DNA of 38,664 nt, from positions 1-38,664 of the IMG/VR virus record IMGVR_UViG_3300030397_000353; one strand, written 5' to 3'. This document shows positions 33,948-38,664 of the stretch, piece by piece; position 1 is the stretch's first letter; each line of letters begins with the position of its first letter. The translations under genes and the position numbers were made by a program. The DNA comes from a virus (lineage: Duplodnaviria; Caudoviricetes). The notes under the pieces are model-generated. The model ran no database searches. It was not told the DNA's origin and saw only the letters and a list, made by a program, of their open reading frames with translations.

Positions 33948-34166
33948 ATGCGCGTCGAGGTTCGTCACGGAAATGTTGATAAAGCACTAAAGATACTCAA
34001 GAAGAAATTATTCGATGATGGAGCAATTCGGGAGGCCATGGATCGCCGGTATTTCGAGAAGCCATCAGACGCCCGCCGAAAGAAACACAAGGAAGCCGTT
34101 AATCGGACCAAGAAAGCGTTGAACAAGGAACGGGCAAAACAACTCGCCGCAAAACGGCGCAAATAA
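33948..34166 (+). CDS. rpsU: Ribosomal protein bS21, phage-encoded
   Basis: MRVEVRHGNVDKALKILKKK...GAIRE...RRYFEKPS..RRKK; GGAG SD before ATG 33948; 72 aa. Confidence 0.93.
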   Translation: MRVEVRHGNVDKALKILKKKLFDDGAIREAMDRRYFEKPSDARRKKHKEAVNRTKKALNKERAKQLAAKRRK

Positions 34167-34192
34167 AAAAGGGGCTGTACAGCCCCTTCTTC
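34165..34192. terminator. Bidirectional intrinsic terminator between rpsU and tail tube
   Basis: AAAAAAGGGGCT-GTAC-AGCCCCTTCTTC between convergent genes. Confidence 0.85.
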
Positions 34193-34209
34193 AATTATAG
34201 GTTCAGCGA

Positions 34210-34974
34210 TTAGATTCCGAAGGAACCACCAACGCTGCCGCCTACCGTAGCACCACCAATTGAGGTAGAGCCGGATACACCGATACTAACGGAAGCACCA
34301 GAAGTGCTAACGCCACCACCAGCAGCACCAGAACCAGTAGAGATGACACCCGACTGTGCAGCAATTTCTGCACCGTGAGAGAAAACACCCATACGGAAAC
34401 CATCTTGGTTGAAGCCGATAACGTTGTCGTAACGAAGGGTAAGAGTGACTTCCATCGGAGCCGCTTCTTCGTAAGACATTTCGTTGGCATTGTAATTGAC
34501 GATCTGGCAACCAGCAAAGCACCACTTCTGAACAATGTTCGGATCAGCAGCGGAACCACCAGCAGACTGACCACCGGCTAGGATGTCAAGGTCCATTTCG
34601 AACTTGTAGTTTTCACCAGCACGAGACATGGTCTGGTCGAAGAAGTTCTGTTGCTTGGCATTCTGTTCCATTACACGCTGGTGTACGGAATTGGTAATAT
34701 CATCAACGAAGACAACATCAATCGTTCCCCATTCACCACGAGTGTTGATGTACACCGTAGAAACGTAGGAATAAAGAGTCTGAATTTCGAATTCTAGATT
34801 TGGACGACCCATGCGACGAATTTGGCGGGTCAAGTCATACGGGGCTACTTCACCCGGGGTACCAAAGTTGAAGAACAGCACGCGAAAGCGATTGGATAGA
34901 ATCGGCTGCAATTGTGCAGAACGATCACCGTTCAGGCCCGGTACACCGAAGTTGGCGAGGGAATTTACCGTCAT
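34210..34974 (-). CDS. Tail tube protein (gp19-like)
   Basis: LQPILSNRFRVLF...LTRQI...RPNLEF...GEWGTI...DD...W...GCQI...Y....LTLRYDN; near the sheath gene; G/S-rich tail. Confidence 0.85.
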   Translation of the reverse strand: MTVNSLANFGVPGLNGDRSAQLQPILSNRFRVLFFNFGTPGEVAPYDLTRQIRRMGRPNLEFEIQTLYSYVSTVYINTRGEWGTIDVVFVDDITNSVHQRVMEQNAKQQNFFDQTMSRAGENYKFEMDLDILAGGQSAGGSAADPNIVQKWCFAGCQIVNYNANEMSYEEAAPMEVTLTLRYDNVIGFNQDGFRMGVFSHGAEIAAQSGVISTGSGAAGGGVSTSGASVSIGVSGSTSIGGATVGGSVGGSFGI

Positions 34975-34979
34975 TGTTT

Positions 34980-35039
34980 TTGTCTCCTAAGCAGATGGAG
35001 TATTTATATCTATTACTGCTATTTAGGGCTAAGAGACAA
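34980..35039 (-). promoter_or_regulatory. SD-sequestering hairpin with TATAAATA late promoter in its loop
   Basis: TTGTCT..CCTAA..GCAG..[TATAAATA at 35001-35008]..CTGC-TTAGG-AGACAA; the SD AGGAG is in the 3' arm. A second TAAATA lies at 35020-35025. Confidence 0.75.
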
Positions 35040-35041
35040 TA

Positions 35042-35296
35042 TCAATCACAAGGAAAATAAGAATATCTTTCTTCCGTACTATCCAAATCTACAGAATCGT
35101 CACCATCGGTAAGTGACACGGAACCAAACATCTCCAGTGTTTCGAGTTCTGCCTTCGTTGTTGGTTCTAATTTGTACGCACCAAGCATGGAATTTTTCCC
35201 ATACTTCTCACATGATACATGACTCCCAACAACTCTTCCATCCGGATGTCGTATCCAGTAATAGAATTTAGTTTCGGATGTTTCCGTAGAGGACAT
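35042..35296 (-). CDS. Hypothetical protein
   Basis: 84-aa ORF overlapping the phosphatase end. Confidence 0.5.
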   Translation of the reverse strand: MSSTETSETKFYYWIRHPDGRVVGSHVSCEKYGKNSMLGAYKLEPTTKAELETLEMFGSVSLTDGDDSVDLDSTEERYSYFPCD

Positions 35297-35840
35297 AGGG
35301 CATCACCATTTCGATTGGTTGTTTCATGATGGCAGCTTCATCCATTCCCTTGAGATAGCCGATTAGAATTTTCATCGGAACGGTATGCGAACATACCCAT
35401 ACATTCTTTCCGTCATTTACCAACGGAACCACGTATTCTCGGAAGAACGGAAGAACCCGGTCTTCTACATCTCGGAAGGATTCACCTTGTGGTGGAGCCT
35501 CGAAGTATTCCCTCTCCCACAGCTTGTAATGCTTGGGTGCAAACTCTTTACGGATGTCTTGATAGGTCATGCCCTCTAAAGTACCGCCTGAGCGCTCTCT
35601 GAGTTCTTCTGAGAGCGTCCAACTGTCCCGGGGGTGGCTATGCCCTATGACCAACTCTGTCGTCGTCTGACAGCGCTCAAGGTCGCTCACGAAGATGGCA
35701 TCGTACTTGTGTCCACCAATATCGTCACGGAATTGCATAGCGGCCTGCTTACCATCATTTGTTAATGGCGAGTCAGTATGACCGAGCATCCGATTTTCGA
35801 CATTTGCTTCGGTCTCGGCGTGATGAATTAGAACGAGCAT
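35268..35840 (-). CDS. Histidine phosphatase (phosphoglycerate mutase-like) family protein
   Basis: HHAETEAN...G.TDSPLT..GKQAA, SDLERCQTT, LRERSGG.LEG, PPQGES..DV..RV, VCSH. Confidence 0.88.
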   Translation of the reverse strand: MLVLIHHAETEANVENRMLGHTDSPLTNDGKQAAMQFRDDIGGHKYDAIFVSDLERCQTTTELVIGHSHPRDSWTLSEELRERSGGTLEGMTYQDIRKEFAPKHYKLWEREYFEAPPQGESFRDVEDRVLPFFREYVVPLVNDGKNVWVCSHTVPMKILIGYLKGMDEAAIMKQPIEMVMPYVLYGNIRN

Positions 35841-36353
35841 TTAGTGGTACTGTGTTGAGTAGAGTTCCTTCGCATTCGTAGCACGGCTTCCCCATGCGGC
35901 ATTCACTTTTTCAATCATTGGTTCGGTGACCACCAATGTGTTTGCCATGGTATCCATAATATGAGCCAGCGTTATTCGTACTACTTCGTCGAAGACGTAT
36001 CTGTTAACGAATTCTTTGTATTCCAACATTTCGCCAACTGATTCGATGGCTCCTTCGGACTCAATTTGTTTGGTCGTTATGGTTACGCCTTGGAACAATG
36101 TTGCTTCGTCCTTGGTGTATCCCAATGTCGGGTCGGTTGGGGCAGTCGGGAATGTGAGTTCCGAAAACAATTCAAAAACTATTTTCACCCCTTTGGATTT
36201 CTTGTTGATAGAACCTTCGATATTGCATTTCTTACCCCATCCCATCATAGGAATCGATGTGCGTGGCTTAACGTCAGCCATTTTCATGATGATTGCATCA
36301 AAGTCAACGTCGTAATTGTTGACTGGCTGGTGCATTCCGGGTTTAAATGTCAT
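35841..36353 (-). CDS. Hypothetical protein
   Basis: GGAGG SD 8 nt before ATG; abuts the phosphatase start. Confidence 0.65.
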   Translation of the reverse strand: MTFKPGMHQPVNNYDVDFDAIIMKMADVKPRTSIPMMGWGKKCNIEGSINKKSKGVKIVFELFSELTFPTAPTDPTLGYTKDEATLFQGVTITTKQIESEGAIESVGEMLEYKEFVNRYVFDEVVRITLAHIMDTMANTLVVTEPMIEKVNAAWGSRATNAKELYSTQYH

Positions 36354-36377
36354 AGGTCATACCTCCAGTTCCCTAAA

Positions 36378-36406
36378 AGTATATACCCTTTTTAGATGCT
36401 ACACAA
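36378..36406 (-). promoter_or_regulatory. Sigma70-like promoter
   Basis: TTGTGT-17 nt-TATACT upstream of the three non-structural genes. Confidence 0.55.
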
Positions 36407-38504
36407 GAGAAAGACCGGCGAGTCTCTTAATTTCTGCAAGTTCTTCTCGGAAGGCTGCTTCTCGACGCTTGGCTTCCAGTGAAAGTTTTTGTTGTTTCGA
36501 GTGGTCGCTGGCCGGGGTGATACCAGTACGTAATGTCTGATTCAAGATGGCAGCAGTATTGTTGATAAGTTGGTCCATGGCAAGCATAATTTTATCTTCA
36601 TCAAATTCTTTTGCCAATTTGTCGGGCTCATTATACGTACCCAATTCCATGTCGGGGAAATTTCCGTATTTTCCACGGTGATCGCTGGAGCCAGAGTATT
36701 CATCCACGCTTATACCATCATAGCTGGACCATTCTGCATATACGTGGTAATCATCATCCTCCCAAACGTCTTCTCCCCCACCGGCCATACCGGCTTCTAA
36801 TGCATTCATCAAATCTTGCATACCGATGGTCATAGCCCATGGTCCGAATACTATGTTGTCATTCTCAACCGGTCCTACGCCAATTACGTGGGGGCGAACG
36901 TGAAGCCCTTCTGAAGCATATGCTTCAAGGCGGTCCATAATTTCTTCTCTTAGTTTTTCAACTTGTCCATTGACAGCACTCGCATCAATTGCCTTGTGGG
37001 CCGCATCGGCTACATAATCGAAGAACCGATTTCCTTCTCGCTCTTTATCCAATACTTTCGCAATTCCGCGTGCCATCTTATGTTGATCCTTTGACGGTGT
37101 AACTCCCACGCCCCGGGCTACACTTATTACCAGACCAATCGGTAGTGACTCGAACACATGAATCAAGAATTCTTCGTCGATGGATTCATCAACATTATCC
37201 GGTTTAATATCCAACCCATCAATTTCTTCCAATAACTTGAATAAACTTTCCGGAGCACCATCACCATGTTCCTTTACCAATGCCTCGTAGTTTTCCCATT
37301 GGTCTAATATTACATCAACAGCATGCATTCCTTTTTCGGCGTGTGTCAAATCAAATTCGGCTCGTCCACCCGGAACTTCTAAACCATGATCATCCATCAA
37401 ATTCTGAACTTCGCGTGCCGCTTCATCGTAGTCTCCAGCTTCCCACGCCCTTTCGATGAAATACGTAGGACCAGCAAGACCCGGCTTTTCGTCTATAAGC
37501 TGTTCACGTAATTCATCATCTTCCAAATCCTTCAAACCGAAATTGTTCTCGGGCATGTAGCCACCCCCGACTATTCCTTCGATCTTTTCGTGGCGCAACA
37601 AAGGAACAATATACTTGTGGTATCGTTCGGCGGGCTTATCGTTGCCACGACCCTTCATCTCCGTCAGCATTCCGTTTTCGTTCAAAATGAATGTCAACAT
37701 ACACGAATATTTCATTTCGCCATTCATAGGAAATTCCTTCCGAAGACTCAAAATAGTGTCATCAGAACTTTCCCGTGGTTGGTTACCACAATGACCCATA
37801 CATGCGGCTTCTTGTGGACAGTAGGCCGTTTCCAAATCCCACCATGCAACACCGTCCCCAAAATCAATCAGTATTACTCCACCATCTTCTGGTCCCGGAG
37901 CGTCAACGACACGGTCCTGATCCTCTTCCCATTCTTTACTGATTTCTTTGAAATGATTTATAAGCTGCTGCGGTAGCTCGTATCCAAAAGTGTGGTTCTG
38001 AATTCCATGAATTGGCATACTCATGTAGTGAACCATTTCTTGTTTCAGTGCATCACCACGAAGTGTTTGACCAGCAGCCCGGATGATATTATCTGGAGTA
38101 GTGCCAGCCTTTGCAGCCATCTGCGCTGCCTTTTTATTAACAAGGTTCCACAATGGGGCTACCTCGGGGTGGCTGTACGTGTCAGAAACATCCATCTGTT
38201 GTCCGTCGTGTTGTTGATGAGCTAACAACCCATCTTCGATGTCATTTTTTATTTCGAGAATTAAACCAAGCTGGACATACCGGAGATACCAAATAATACG
38301 GTCTTCGCGCTCAAGAACACGTCGTGCCCAATTGATTTCTTGATTAGTTTTGTGCTCTATTTGGTCTCGGACTTTGGGAGAAGGAGCAATTTGCAGAACA
38401 TTCTGAAACATCGGCCATAGACGTTTCGCAGACGGCGCAGCTTCATCTAACTGCTCCAGTCCGGCCAATCTCAAAATATCATTGATTTCGTCTAGGAAGT
38501 CCAT
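36399..38504 (-). CDS. Large acidic protein with PcfJ-like central domain and terminal RLAGL motifs
   Basis: EAACMGHC...ILSLR...LTFIL...EMKGRGNDKP resembles the PcfJ-like pattern; ILRLAGL at the N-terminus and IKRLAGL at the C-terminus. Confidence 0.6.
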   Translation of the reverse strand: MDFLDEINDILRLAGLEQLDEAAPSAKRLWPMFQNVLQIAPSPKVRDQIEHKTNQEINWARRVLEREDRIIWYLRYVQLGLILEIKNDIEDGLLAHQQHDGQQMDVSDTYSHPEVAPLWNLVNKKAAQMAAKAGTTPDNIIRAAGQTLRGDALKQEMVHYMSMPIHGIQNHTFGYELPQQLINHFKEISKEWEEDQDRVVDAPGPEDGGVILIDFGDGVAWWDLETAYCPQEAACMGHCGNQPRESSDDTILSLRKEFPMNGEMKYSCMLTFILNENGMLTEMKGRGNDKPAERYHKYIVPLLRHEKIEGIVGGGYMPENNFGLKDLEDDELREQLIDEKPGLAGPTYFIERAWEAGDYDEAAREVQNLMDDHGLEVPGGRAEFDLTHAEKGMHAVDVILDQWENYEALVKEHGDGAPESLFKLLEEIDGLDIKPDNVDESIDEEFLIHVFESLPIGLVISVARGVGVTPSKDQHKMARGIAKVLDKEREGNRFFDYVADAAHKAIDASAVNGQVEKLREEIMDRLEAYASEGLHVRPHVIGVGPVENDNIVFGPWAMTIGMQDLMNALEAGMAGGGEDVWEDDDYHVYAEWSSYDGISVDEYSGSSDHRGKYGNFPDMELGTYNEPDKLAKEFDEDKIMLAMDQLINNTAAILNQTLRTGITPASDHSKQQKLSLEAKRREAAFREELAEIKRLAGLSLV

Positions 38505-38509
38505 AGCAA

Positions 38510-38515
38510 TATTTA
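38510..38515 (-). promoter_or_regulatory. Late-type TAAATA box, 5 nt before ATG (leaderless)
   Basis: TAAATA-TTGCT-ATG directly after the sheath terminator, no SD. Confidence 0.65.
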
Positions 38516-38524
38516 GTCAACGCC

Positions 38525-38552
38525 AAAAAGAAAGCCCGCACTGGGCGGGCTT
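38525..38552 (-). terminator. Intrinsic terminator after tail sheath
   Basis: AAGCCCGC-CCAGT-GCGGGCTT followed by TCTTTTT in mRNA sense. Confidence 0.88.
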
Positions 38553-38572
38553 CCTACGGAGAGGTAACAACT

Positions 38573-38650
38573 TTAGAACGGGAAATCATCCCCAGTGTTC
38601 AAGACCGTGATTGGTACGAAGATGAATTCGATTGCTTTCGCAGGCTTGAT
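38573..38650 (-). CDS. Tail sheath protein (gp18-like), C-terminal fragment
   Basis: Hand translation IKPAKAIEFIFVPITVLNTGDDFPF* matches the conserved sheath C-terminus. Confidence 0.8.
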   Translation of the reverse strand: MKPAKAIEFIFVPITVLNTGDDFPF

Positions 38651-38664
38651 CGTGACTGGGAAAC
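38648..38664 (-). other. Probable random-amplification primer tag (artefact)
   Basis: Reverse complement is GTTTCCCAGTCACGATC, the M13-derived round A/B random PCR primer, exactly at the contig end. Confidence 0.8.

Noticed and set aside
1-38664. Stop-codon reassignment, tRNA genes, introns or inteins
   Set aside because: Core genes are full length in the standard code with TAA, TAG and TGA all used as stops; intergenic gaps show no cloverleaf; no intein or split-gene signature was seen.

Overview
Contig-end fragment of a large T4-superfamily myovirus (jumbo-phage-like gene set), with most genes on the minus strand. Replication and recombination genes: gp41/DnaB-like helicase, divergent primase, a 212-aa mini DnaE-like protein, UvsW, UvsX, probable UvsY, gp32-like SSB, dUTPase, an HD nucleotidase and a partial PD-(D/E)XK exonuclease. 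Morphogenesis genes: large and probable small terminase, gp4-like head-completion nuclease, tail tube, a tube-like baseplate protein, the 3' end of the tail sheath, two repeat-rich tail fibres and several probable head proteins. Accessory genes: radical SAM, sulfotransferase, SleB-type hydrolase, GGCT, 2H phosphoesterase, stand-alone WYL, histidine phosphatase, ribosomal protein bS21 and two homing-type endonucleases. The most striking signal is in the short intergenic gaps. There are two promoter classes: sigma70-like TTGACA-17/18-TAnnnT and a T4-late-like TAAATA box. Where one class of gene would read through into the other, the downstream gene is either leaderless (promoter 5-6 nt before ATG) or has its Shine-Dalgarno locked in a hairpin whose loop holds its own promoter. 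The last 17 nt match a random-amplification primer and are probably an artefact. All calls come from reading motifs by eye; no searches or folding calculations were run.
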